The position numbers and the translations under genes were made by a program. From a virus (taxonomy: Duplodnaviria > Caudoviricetes), in IMG/VR virus record IMGVR_UViG_3300025168_017075, positions 1 to 61,038 of that record: a stretch of 61,038 nt of DNA. One strand, 5' to 3'. This document shows, piece by piece, positions 27,701 through 37,711 of this stretch. Numbering within the stretch: position 1 is the stretch's first letter; each line of letters opens with the position of its first letter. The notes beneath the pieces were generated by a model. It did no database searches, was not told where the DNA came from, and saw only the letters and a program-made list of their open reading frames with translations.

Positions 27701-30700
27701 ATGGCATTTGATAATCTTAGAAATGTAGAACCATTCATAAAATTAGTAAAAAATCTACTTCAAGAAATTGAAGGTATAGCTCTTCATGATGAACATAATG
27801 TTTCGGTTGCTAACGAAGAGTTGCCAATTAATGATGTGACGGAAGATGGAACACCTTATGCGGCTTTAATTCCAGCAGCTACTAATCTCTGGACAACGGA
27901 AGCAGAAGGCGGTATACCAGAAGTATGGGCCTCTAAAAATGAGTACTTCTTTTCATTAGTTTCAGAGCACGAGATACCATACCAATATCATACAATAGCT
28001 GCCGAATTCGCGGACGAGTTAGCTACGGGAATTTCGCTAGATGGCGAGATAATATGTGATGCACCAAGCGGAATATTGCCCATCGGAGAAAGATCAAGGC
28101 CATGGCTGGATGTCGGAAAGATAAAAAATGAAATGGATGCTAGTTCCCCCTCTGGCGAATCAGGTGTTGCTCTAAATAAAAATGACGCCGCGGCAAGAAT
28201 AGAGTTTTTGAGTCAAATATTGAAAATGTGTATCCTTTTACACGAAGGAGACTTCGATCAAGAAAATGCATACATGTTTCCAGAAAACCAAGATTTTAAC
28301 AATAACGACATAAACACTAGTCCTTCAAAAGTAAGTAATAAAGTTTCACAATATTATTCAGGAGATCCAGCGGAGCTTCAAGGTGTTGGCGTTGCAGCAA
28401 CTGGTTTTTTAAGCAGTCATGGTAATGCAAGATTTAAATTTACTTCCCAACATCATGATGGTCATCAAGTTAACTTAAATATAGATTCTTTCGCCGGATA
28501 TCCTTCCCTTTTCAGCGATGCACAATCTATATATGACCTGTTGACGACAGTTAATGATAACCTAGGTAAGTGGTCTCCAAAAACAATTTACAATAGTTTA
28601 GATGTCCATGCCGGCCCAAATGTGGTTGACGTAGATAGCCATCCTTCTTCTCTCGATCCTACTGATAGGGGATTCTCTTCAACAGGGACATATGGCCCAG
28701 ATGCAGCTCTTGCACATACTGGGGAAGTAAGAGAAAACCACAAAGAAGAATATGAAGATATAGGAGAATATATCAGCCTACTTGATCCTTTCACGGGAAA
28801 GGATAATACCACCGGTCAATTCGAAATAATCATAAGTCCTGGCTTGAGGTGGAATGAATGGGAGTGCGTGGCAAGTCTTGAAGGGTTCTTGTTTTGGTCA
28901 AAAGAATTAATAGAGCTTTTGACAACATATTACTCTGATTTTGCCCCAGCCCTCAAAGGACTGCCAGTTTTCTATGGCGGACAAAGTTCGATAATTTATC
29001 CAAAACAAGATAGCCCAGTTGATACTCAAGAGCAGATTGAACTTGAATCAATTCTCGCTGGATACGATGATATCTCTATAGCCGATATTCAAATAATGGA
29101 AGATGAAATATTTACCGAAGGCCTCAATATTACTGAAGATGTTAAAGCTTGGTGGTGCGAATTTATTAGCCTAACAGGGGTGGTTGTACCTGACTGCTCA
29201 AGTATGGAAGCTTCTTCTACCGACGCGGTGGAGTCATTGAACGCTGTTGATGTAGAAAAATGTGATCCAGATCTAGAAGCAGCCGTAGAAGAGGAGTGTG
29301 CCACTTGCATACCAGACCCTAATGCTTTCGTTGTCGACTGGACTACGCTAAATGATGGTGCTTATTTTTTAAATGAGAAAACTTGTGAATATTCTGTTGT
29401 AGTAAGGACTAGCGAAGAAAATCCATATAATAGTATAGGTGATTTATACTTGGCAGATGAAGTGGCAATCGGCGCACAAAGATTATTAAATGCATACATG
29501 AAGGCAGATACCCTAACATATACTGATTCTAGTGGTAATGTATTTGAAGAATCCACAAGTAATGTGATATTTTCAGATGCACTAATTCAGTCTTATTTGG
29601 GCTTTTCTATCAAGTCAGAAGAGTTTCCTCATATACCTTCTGATGGAATTTATGCCTCTACATCCCCCCTTATAAAAGGAAGAGTTTTAGTAGTTATACC
29701 CGCAATTTTATTTAATAAAATACCACAAAACTTGGACTCCTTAAGGTCAATTGAGCCTCCGAAAACTGGCGCGGTTGTAAGGTTATTTACCAAAGATATA
29801 AACTTTATGGTTAAACAAATTGCCGGCGCCATGAGGTATTATGCGATAAATTATGCTTCATGGGTATTGTTGGAAAGGCAAGACTCCGGAGAAGACTATG
29901 GAGAGTTAAATTTAAATGTTCAGGCAGAAAATCTTGAATTGTTTGCGCAAGATATGGATATGTATCTGCAAAGATTTGGATATACCTTTAATCGGGCAGA
30001 ATATTTAGAAATTGGTTTTAACGAAAATTTAGATCAAATAGAATACATGCTGGTTAATGAGCCTGGATGCCCTCCTATTCCGTTGGTGGTAGATGAACTG
30101 TTTGATGCATCAAATTTCATAAAAGCTTTTAGCGGGAGGTGGTTTAACAGAAGATCTTTAGCGTATATACAAAGAATTCCCGATATACATAACGATGTTT
30201 CTGCTCGCGAGCCTTTGTCGTGGAATGATTTTATTTTAAAATATACAGTGGATCTAAAAAATACAAATGAACTCAGTGAGGGCCTACCAGACAGCGCTCT
30301 TTATTGTTTGGCCGAGTCTCTTGTTGGTCCATTTGATGATCTATTAAAAGAAATATCTTTGGATGTTTTAGATCTACCACAAGCATATGCCGACAAGATT
30401 AACAAAATGCTTTGCAGTGGCGACAAGTATGACCGGCCGGACATTGAAATGGGAGACTGGGCAGCAATGTCTGAGAGGGCAGCTCTACTCGCTTCAGAAG
30501 AATTCTTCGCCGGCGATGCAATGGTTGATGATCTTCCACAGATTATAGCTGCACTTGCCAGCGGTGGAGATGTTAAAGCTCTCTGGAAAGAAGTTTTTAA
30601 CAAGTATGATTGGTGTGGATGGCTAGCATTAATCGATATGTTACTGGGTTGTTTACTTAAAGGAGTGCCGGCCGCAGATGGTATAGCGATAATGGTGGAA

Positions 30701-33700
30701 GCTGCCCTTCGGGCCCTCCCTGATGATGGACTACAGAGGCTATTTATAGGTCTAACCCCAGAACAGCAAAATCAAATAGCAGCACAGGTTTCCGAGTCAT
30801 TGGGGATAATTGCAGCCACTCCTCCGTGGGAAAAAGAATATGCAACTGGAACAAGCTACAGTACAGGTGGTACCAAAGAAAGTACCCCGACCATAACAGA
30901 AATATCAATCGAAAATGGTAAAAATCTTTGGAACCCTAATGATCAGCCAACTTCAAGCTGGAACCCACAAGACACATCAGATGTCTATAATTATAGATCG
31001 ACCCTCGATAGTGGTGATGAACATTACTTATCCTCTATAGAAGGTCAGCAAGAAATGACATCTCTTTATCCATTTTTAGGGCCAGACCCTTTCGCACAAT
31101 CAGGAATGGGAACGATTGCTACAGGCCTTCAAGATGTTGGCGAAGTAATAGTTAGTGCCTACAAGGATGCGATTCTAGGCACCATTGATACTGACGCGCT
31201 TTTGGGTCTATTAAATACACTACCAGGTGCTGAAATTCTTAGGACTACGATTTCTTCCGTGGGTTGCGCAATACCTCCACTTTACGATCCACCTTTGGAT
31301 TCTTTTTTCAAAGATGTCGAAATGGATTTCTGCCGCGGCAACATTTGTTTTGCCTCTTGTTTGCCAAAATTTCAAGGATTTAGTATACCATCAAACTTGA
31401 AAGATATTTTGATGGAGGCACTTCTTGAAGTTATCGAAAAGCTAGTAGTTCAAGCCCTCATCAAAATAATATATACAATTATTAAAATGCTTTTGGACGC
31501 CCTTTGTAAGGCCCTTGGTGCAATTGGCGCCGCTGTTGAAGGCGCTATCACTGGAGATTTTCACGAGGCGTTTAAAGATGTGTTCTGTAATGAAGATATG
31601 TCTGATGAAGATATCGATGAGGCAGCAGTTGGCATGATTGCCGCCTTGAATGGTTGCGATCCAGAAATTTTGAGAGCAGTGGCTTCGGAGTTTGTATCTG
31701 ATTTAACGCTAATTCTCACAGATCAAGAGCTTGTAGACCTTCTCAATGGAGATGCTGGTCCGACAACACTTGGCAAGATTGTGGAAATTGCAAAACTAAT
31801 ATATCCAGATACTTTTGGAACGTGTGATGGGTTCTCAAGTGTAGAGGCTGCATCTCTAACGTTTTCCACTATTGGAAAAGTAGTTCCATCTAAATACAAA
31901 AATATAACACAGCCAACGTGTGGCCCGCTATTGCCGTCTCTGTGTGAGCCTTCTGCTTTACAAGAGTGGGAAGATTTACAATGCTCTTTATTGCAGGAAA
32001 ATAAAAGCTTAAGTTTGGAACAATGCACCGAGCAATTAAATAACTTAAGATCAAGAATAAAACAAGACATATCCCAATTGGCTCGTGTTGCTCATGAGGG
32101 GTTCATTGATATACCGGATATTATATCTGATTCTGCTTATGGGGATCCTTGCGATGCAAGCAGTATCTTGCCATCTTCTGATCCTTCGACGAATGCTCTA
32201 ATAGGTGAGTTAACAAGCGGAATGTTTAAGACACTTAATTTACAACACACTCATGACATGACCAGCAACCAAGGTATTTTTAGTAGGGGTGGCATATTCA
32301 ATATGATACTTAGCAATAAAAGGGGGAGAGGGTTTGAGTCGCATATGAAACAAGTTATGGACGAAAGAAAAAACCTTTTTCCGGAAAGAGTAGCTGGATA
32401 TCTACAGGATTCTTATTTTAAAACGGGAGACATGATATCAGATTCTTTTTCCACCTCTGAAGAGGAATCAAACCAGTCAAGCGTTTGGGGAGTTGATTAT
32501 CCTAGAAAATTTAGGGTGTGTGATGTTGATGTTTCTACAGAGAAGCTAGAAGAATACTCTTATTCAAGCCTGCAAAAACCTTTGTCTGCTTTACCGGGAT
32601 ATTTTGAGTATACTGGCTTCGGACAATCTGCGGAAATAGAGCAGGAGAACTTTTTAGAAGTATCAAAAAATCCAGATCTGACACTTAAATATGAAGACTA
32701 CTTCGATGACGATAAAGATAGATACAAGTTTGATATGGAATATCACAACTTTCAAATAGTAGATGGAAAATCTGTGCTAAATGATTACTATAAGGTTAGA
32801 ATTCATGAAACAGCTGAAACAACGGGTGACGGAGATTTCGGTTCTTGGGTAGGTATTTCTGGTGAGCAATTGATGGAGTCAGAGGTGGCTTCATTAATAT
32901 CGGAAGCAGAACAAGGCACAATAAATCTTAATATAGATGAATACCTTTCTGATAAAAAATCCCCCAAGAATTCTATATATGCTAAATATATTATGGAAGT
33001 AATTTCTGAATTGGAAGGGGATAAATCTTCTACAAACTTAAATGACTTCTTTGATGGCTTTTATGGACAATACGATGAAATATTTGAAAAATATTTAAGG
33101 CTATTTTCAAGTCGACTTGCTGATGATTCGAACCCTGCATTTACTCATGGATTCCCAACAAACTATGATTTATCCGAACTTGATGAAGATGAAGAGTATG
33201 ATCCTTCGGCCGATTTCCCAGTGCCAGCAAAAGTATATTTAGATCAGACTTATAAAAACATATATACTGGAGAAAGCCAACCAATCCCCCCAGAGTCATA
33301 TGGCGGTTCCGCGGATAATCCTGCTTGGTTTATAACTCCTCCTGTTATGGGCGGTGTTGCTGGGGTGCTTCAAGCTTTCGTTCCTTCCGAAGTTGGCTGT
33401 AAGCCAAGAAGATCTCCTACTTGTGATTTCGAACAGCTTTCAGAGTTATTTGATGAATACTATGATAAATTAAAAGATGATCCAAGATTGCAGCAAAATC
33501 CATCATGTGCCTCCGAGCCTCCATGGAGCAAAATATTAGATCGTTCAGCGCAAGCGGGAACGGAAACACTCATAAGGGCAATCATCAGAATATATTCTGT
33601 TGAAGCTATTATATCTGGCTTGCCGTCCTTTGCAGTGTTCGAAGGAAAAGTTCCAGAAGTCTTTGATGAGTCTTTGATAGATTACATAATTGATATGATG

Positions 33701-35308
33701 GAAGAAGGCTTGTTGGAGCAAAAAACAGGTTTCTTCTTGAGAAACTTATTTACAGATCCTAACTCATTTTACTTTTCCTTTATGGAACAAATAGTTCAAA
33801 GCTATGGCCGACGTGTTGATCTTGGGGAGATAGTGCCAAGCGAGGCAGAACAACAAGCCGTTAATAGAATAAATCAATTGCAAGACAAATGGACTAAATC
33901 TATTGGACCAATGTTGGCAAAGAACGCTTGGCCTGGCTCTGTGGCCGCAGGAATAATGGCGGCAGTAGCCAGTCCGTTTGGAGATTTGGCATCGGCAGCT
34001 GGAGCTTTGCTTGGCGAGAGTGTTTTTACTGCTGGAAAGCTAAAGGAAAAATGGTGGTATTCTTTTGTCGGCAACGATCAAGCCTTGGAAGACACAAGAA
34101 TACTTATGCGTAGATATGTAAAAGATGAACTTAGGTATATTTTAGAAGGACTAAAAGAAGATTTACGTCCACCGATTTCAGACTTGCATAATGTATTTTT
34201 AGTTAATAGAGATTTCATGATAGGTTCCCTCGATTCAGGCGGACCATTGGATGTGGCTAGTGTAACTTATGGCGCCATTGATTCTGAAAAGTTTGATGCT
34301 GCTATCGGCACCGCGGCTGGAAATGGCGTCGATGACATTCCGTTTGTTTTGGAAAAATATATAAAGATAATAGATAAGCCTATGGAGGAAGTTACGACAT
34401 ATGGCGGTACTGGCTTTGGATCAAGCACCGCAGATTCTGCGGCAGTGCAAAGTTTGTCAGAGGCGCAAAAAAATATAATAGGAAGATCTGATATACCAGC
34501 ACTGCAAGACTTTATAAGCTTTGATGATTTTAATAATTATATTTTAGGCAGTCCAGATATATTTGCTGAAGGCGAAGACGTTTCAACTTATTTTGAAGGA
34601 TTGGAATTTGGAATAAGAATTTCTAAGATTTCTCACGCAATGACGGAGGAGGAAAAGACAGCGAATCCTGATGCAATTGACGAGTATTCAATGCTGCAAG
34701 ACAAAATTAAAGGTGGAACTGCTGATGCGGTCCTTAAGAACAAAGCATTTAATCTTGGTAATCACATTTTAATTCCTATGTGCTGGACATCTAAAACTAG
34801 TGATAATTTAAAAAATAACTCCATAACAGACATAGCCAATAATTTAGATGGGTATTTTAACGCGGAGCTAGATTGTTTGGTTGCGGATCTAATAGAAAGC
34901 CCTAGATACAAATTGTTGTTCGATTATGCAATTTCAATGAAGAGAATGGTTTCCCTTCTTACTATTTATACTATGAAGTCATATATTCCTTCTGTTGGCT
35001 CGAAAGAGTATGATGATTGGAGTAAGGATGGCGGAAAATTTATCTGGTTTAACTCTGGATTTAAATATTGGGATCGTCAATCACACTTTGAAAGATCTAA
35101 AAGGCTATCTAGAAACATGTTTATGTCTTACTACAATTCGCAACAATTTGATTGGTCACCTGGAGATACGGGCAAAGATAAGTCAACTTTTGGTTTTGAT
35201 ATTAACATTGGTATCCCGTTCAACCTTTTCTGGTGGATATCCAGAATGCAAAGGTTCCAAGCCCTCGATTCAGAAGGGAATCCTTGTAGCCTGAAAGAAG
35301 AAGATTAA
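27701..35308 (+). CDS. very large acidic, Cys-rich putative virion protein (2535 aa)
   Basis: Uninterrupted ORF between the spike and gp25; no family recognised. Confidence 0.7.
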   Translation: MAFDNLRNVEPFIKLVKNLLQEIEGIALHDEHNVSVANEELPINDVTEDGTPYAALIPAATNLWTTEAEGGIPEVWASKNEYFFSLVSEHEIPYQYHTIAAEFADELATGISLDGEIICDAPSGILPIGERSRPWLDVGKIKNEMDASSPSGESGVALNKNDAAARIEFLSQILKMCILLHEGDFDQENAYMFPENQDFNNNDINTSPSKVSNKVSQYYSGDPAELQGVGVAATGFLSSHGNARFKFTSQHHDGHQVNLNIDSFAGYPSLFSDAQSIYDLLTTVNDNLGKWSPKTIYNSLDVHAGPNVVDVDSHPSSLDPTDRGFSSTGTYGPDAALAHTGEVRENHKEEYEDIGEYISLLDPFTGKDNTTGQFEIIISPGLRWNEWECVASLEGFLFWSKELIELLTTYYSDFAPALKGLPVFYGGQSSIIYPKQDSPVDTQEQIELESILAGYDDISIADIQIMEDEIFTEGLNITEDVKAWWCEFISLTGVVVPDCSSMEASSTDAVESLNAVDVEKCDPDLEAAVEEECATCIPDPNAFVVDWTTLNDGAYFLNEKTCEYSVVVRTSEENPYNSIGDLYLADEVAIGAQRLLNAYMKADTLTYTDSSGNVFEESTSNVIFSDALIQSYLGFSIKSEEFPHIPSDGIYASTSPLIKGRVLVVIPAILFNKIPQNLDSLRSIEPPKTGAVVRLFTKDINFMVKQIAGAMRYYAINYASWVLLERQDSGEDYGELNLNVQAENLELFAQDMDMYLQRFGYTFNRAEYLEIGFNENLDQIEYMLVNEPGCPPIPLVVDELFDASNFIKAFSGRWFNRRSLAYIQRIPDIHNDVSAREPLSWNDFILKYTVDLKNTNELSEGLPDSALYCLAESLVGPFDDLLKEISLDVLDLPQAYADKINKMLCSGDKYDRPDIEMGDWAAMSERAALLASEEFFAGDAMVDDLPQIIAALASGGDVKALWKEVFNKYDWCGWLALIDMLLGCLLKGVPAADGIAIMVEAALRALPDDGLQRLFIGLTPEQQNQIAAQVSESLGIIAATPPWEKEYATGTSYSTGGTKESTPTITEISIENGKNLWNPNDQPTSSWNPQDTSDVYNYRSTLDSGDEHYLSSIEGQQEMTSLYPFLGPDPFAQSGMGTIATGLQDVGEVIVSAYKDAILGTIDTDALLGLLNTLPGAEILRTTISSVGCAIPPLYDPPLDSFFKDVEMDFCRGNICFASCLPKFQGFSIPSNLKDILMEALLEVIEKLVVQALIKIIYTIIKMLLDALCKALGAIGAAVEGAITGDFHEAFKDVFCNEDMSDEDIDEAAVGMIAALNGCDPEILRAVASEFVSDLTLILTDQELVDLLNGDAGPTTLGKIVEIAKLIYPDTFGTCDGFSSVEAASLTFSTIGKVVPSKYKNITQPTCGPLLPSLCEPSALQEWEDLQCSLLQENKSLSLEQCTEQLNNLRSRIKQDISQLARVAHEGFIDIPDIISDSAYGDPCDASSILPSSDPSTNALIGELTSGMFKTLNLQHTHDMTSNQGIFSRGGIFNMILSNKRGRGFESHMKQVMDERKNLFPERVAGYLQDSYFKTGDMISDSFSTSEEESNQSSVWGVDYPRKFRVCDVDVSTEKLEEYSYSSLQKPLSALPGYFEYTGFGQSAEIEQENFLEVSKNPDLTLKYEDYFDDDKDRYKFDMEYHNFQIVDGKSVLNDYYKVRIHETAETTGDGDFGSWVGISGEQLMESEVASLISEAEQGTINLNIDEYLSDKKSPKNSIYAKYIMEVISELEGDKSSTNLNDFFDGFYGQYDEIFEKYLRLFSSRLADDSNPAFTHGFPTNYDLSELDEDEEYDPSADFPVPAKVYLDQTYKNIYTGESQPIPPESYGGSADNPAWFITPPVMGGVAGVLQAFVPSEVGCKPRRSPTCDFEQLSELFDEYYDKLKDDPRLQQNPSCASEPPWSKILDRSAQAGTETLIRAIIRIYSVEAIISGLPSFAVFEGKVPEVFDESLIDYIIDMMEEGLLEQKTGFFLRNLFTDPNSFYFSFMEQIVQSYGRRVDLGEIVPSEAEQQAVNRINQLQDKWTKSIGPMLAKNAWPGSVAAGIMAAVASPFGDLASAAGALLGESVFTAGKLKEKWWYSFVGNDQALEDTRILMRRYVKDELRYILEGLKEDLRPPISDLHNVFLVNRDFMIGSLDSGGPLDVASVTYGAIDSEKFDAAIGTAAGNGVDDIPFVLEKYIKIIDKPMEEVTTYGGTGFGSSTADSAAVQSLSEAQKNIIGRSDIPALQDFISFDDFNNYILGSPDIFAEGEDVSTYFEGLEFGIRISKISHAMTEEEKTANPDAIDEYSMLQDKIKGGTADAVLKNKAFNLGNHILIPMCWTSKTSDNLKNNSITDIANNLDGYFNAELDCLVADLIESPRYKLLFDYAISMKRMVSLLTIYTMKSYIPSVGSKEYDDWSKDGGKFIWFNSGFKYWDRQSHFERSKRLSRNMFMSYYNSQQFDWSPGDTGKDKSTFGFDINIGIPFNLFWWISRMQRFQALDSEGNPCSLKEED

Positions 35309-35321
35309 GGAGGTATAAAAA

Positions 35322-35858
35322 ATGAAAGGAATTAGCGCAGCGCTTCCATTAAGTACTGATGGTGTTGATGGGCCCTATACTTTAAATAAGAACATTTTAG
35401 AGGTCGCCAGACAAAACTTAAAAGTTTTATTTTTTACTAATCCTGGAGAAAGAGTCTTTAATTCTAAATTTGGGGTGGGAATGAGAAGAAGTTTATTTGA
35501 AAATAATACTTTATCACTACAAACAAGCATTATATCTCGTATAAGAAGTCAGGTTGGCTCATACCTACCATATATCGATATACTTCAAATTAATATTATT
35601 TCTCCACTAACAAACCCCAATATGGATGAAAATTCTATATCATTAATTTTTACTTATTCAGTGAATACCACAAAAAATTCAGAAACTTTGTTTTTAGATT
35701 TGGGCGGTAAAGGTGGCCTATCAATAGCAGCCCCGCAACAATTACAAAATAAATTTGGTAATTTTATTTCTGGTGCTCCCAGCTCTGGTCAGACAGCCAA
35801 TGGCGGTTTTGTACCTTGGGATCCAGGTAAATTTTCAGTAATAAATGTTCCTTATTAA
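35322..35858 (+). CDS. baseplate wedge protein, gp25/GPW family
   Basis: RQNLKVLFFTNPGERVFNSKFGVG...LFE...YLPYI signature; RBS AAGGAGG. Confidence 0.9.
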   Translation: MKGISAALPLSTDGVDGPYTLNKNILEVARQNLKVLFFTNPGERVFNSKFGVGMRRSLFENNTLSLQTSIISRIRSQVGSYLPYIDILQINIISPLTNPNMDENSISLIFTYSVNTTKNSETLFLDLGGKGGLSIAAPQQLQNKFGNFISGAPSSGQTANGGFVPWDPGKFSVINVPY

Positions 35859-35873
35859 AATTAAACAAAAAGA

Positions 35874-35882
35874 ACTAATTAT
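35874..35882 (+). promoter_or_regulatory. ACTAATTAT variant of the candidate late promoter
   Basis: Intergenic, 35 nt before the gp6-like ATG. Confidence 0.5.
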
Positions 35883-35908
35883 AAGTTATAAGGGACGGAA
35901 ACAATTTA

Positions 35909-37711
35909 ATGGCAAATAAAAAGACATCATTCAATTATACAAGTCGAGATTTTGATACCATCAAGACAGATTTGGTAAAGTATGCACAAAGATACTATCC
36001 GGATATTTATAAAGATTTTGGTGATGCATCTTTTGGCTCTCTTATGCTTGATTCTGTCGCCTATGTCGGAGATGTCTTATCTTTCTATTTGGATTACCAA
36101 GCGAACGAAAGCTTTCTAGAAACAGCTACAGAGTACGATAATGTACTGAAAATAGGCAATAACGTAGGCTATAATAATCCTGCCGATGGTACAGTAGGCT
36201 CTGTCGGAGAAATTGATCTTTTCGCAATCGTTCCAGCAAATGACACTGGTTTAGGTCCTGCCGCCGAGTATATGCCTGTACTAGAAGCAGGCGCGGTTAT
36301 TACTTCAAATGGAGGAACTTCTTTTACTTTAGAAGAGGATGCTCGCTTTGATTATTCTAAAAATCAAGTTGTTGTTGCTAAAGTAAATGATTCTACTGGT
36401 GTGCCAACTCACTATGCAATAAAAACTACAGGCACTGTAGTTTCTGGCATCATAAGAGAAGAAAGCATATCTGTTGGGAGTTTTGAAAAATTTAAAAAAG
36501 TAAAACTAGGAAGCAACGCCATTTCAGAAGTTATAAGTGTTTTTGATGATTCTGGAAATGAATATTTTCAAGTAGATTATCTGTCCCAGAATGTGTTATA
36601 TAAAGATGTTGCTAACAGGGGTACCGATAAAGACAATGCTCCCTCAATACTAAAACCATTTATAGCATCTAGAAGATTCGTTATAGAAAAATCATCGAAC
36701 TCAACGCATTTAGTTTTTGGATATGGCTCCGAGTCAGAACTAACATCTTCTTCCGTTGCGGACCCTTCCTCAATTGCTTTACAGAGGCATGCAAAAAAAT
36801 ATGTAGCGGATGAGGCCGTAGACCCTTCGAAGTTTTTATCTACTGATAAGTTTGGCATCGGCCCATCAGATACAACTCTGACGGTAAAATATAGAATTAA
36901 TAATTCCAATACTGTAAATGTATCAACAAATTCTTTGGCAAATATTTCACAAAAAAATGTTTCTTTTGCTGACAGAACAGCATTAATAGATAGCAAGGCT
37001 TCCGAGGTTACTAATTCTATTGAAGTTAATAATCCTAATCCAATAGTTGGTTCGGTATCGCTACCAGACACTATAGAGCTAAAAAGAAGAATGATTGATT
37101 CTTTTGCGGCACAAAACAGGGCAGTTACTGGCCAGGATATAGAGTCTGCTGCATATTCTATGTCTAATAAGTTTGGCTCCATAAAGAGGTGCAAGATTGT
37201 CAGGGATTCAAGTTCTTTGAGAAGAAACTTAAATCTTTATGTATTGTCAGAAGGTACTGACGGAAAACTTTCCACTGCATCTCAATCTTTAAAAGAAAAT
37301 TTAAAAGTATGGCTAGGCAAAGGTCGTATGATTGGGGACACCATCGACATATTAGATGGTAAAATAGTTAATATTGGAATAGAGTTTACTATAGTGGCAG
37401 ACTCATCGAAAAATAATTATGAAGTTCTTAACGATGCACTTTCAACCTTAAAAAATGAATTTTCTGTGCCACTATACATGGGAGAGCCTTTATATATAAC
37501 TGACATATATAACATTCTTAATAAGAATGTGCCCGGAGTTGTTGACACAAAATCAGTTAAAATTTCTTTAAAATCGGGTACCAGTTATTCGGGTGTATCT
37601 TTTGATTTGGAATCCGCAACATCTGCTGATGGCCGATTCATAGAGGTACCGCAAAATGTTGCTATAGAGGTTAAGTTTACAAACTCGGATATCAAAGGGA
37701 TGGTTGAGTAA
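35909..37711 (+). CDS. baseplate wedge subunit (T4 gp6/baseplate J-like)
   Basis: YTSRDFDTIK, DF..S.G..MLD.VAY.GD.LSFY, ESFLETA, FGYG and QNRAVTxxD motifs. Confidence 0.9.
   Translation: MANKKTSFNYTSRDFDTIKTDLVKYAQRYYPDIYKDFGDASFGSLMLDSVAYVGDVLSFYLDYQANESFLETATEYDNVLKIGNNVGYNNPADGTVGSVGEIDLFAIVPANDTGLGPAAEYMPVLEAGAVITSNGGTSFTLEEDARFDYSKNQVVVAKVNDSTGVPTHYAIKTTGTVVSGIIREESISVGSFEKFKKVKLGSNAISEVISVFDDSGNEYFQVDYLSQNVLYKDVANRGTDKDNAPSILKPFIASRRFVIEKSSNSTHLVFGYGSESELTSSSVADPSSIALQRHAKKYVADEAVDPSKFLSTDKFGIGPSDTTLTVKYRINNSNTVNVSTNSLANISQKNVSFADRTALIDSKASEVTNSIEVNNPNPIVGSVSLPDTIELKRRMIDSFAAQNRAVTGQDIESAAYSMSNKFGSIKRCKIVRDSSSLRRNLNLYVLSEGTDGKLSTASQSLKENLKVWLGKGRMIGDTIDILDGKIVNIGIEFTIVADSSKNNYEVLNDALSTLKNEFSVPLYMGEPLYITDIYNILNKNVPGVVDTKSVKISLKSGTSYSGVSFDLESATSADGRFIEVPQNVAIEVKFTNSDIKGMVE

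Noticed and set aside
36577-37194. 205-aa minus-strand ORF and the other minus-strand ORFs in the track
   Set aside because: They lie opposite well-supported + strand genes and have no recognisable motifs; this is expected from codon bias.
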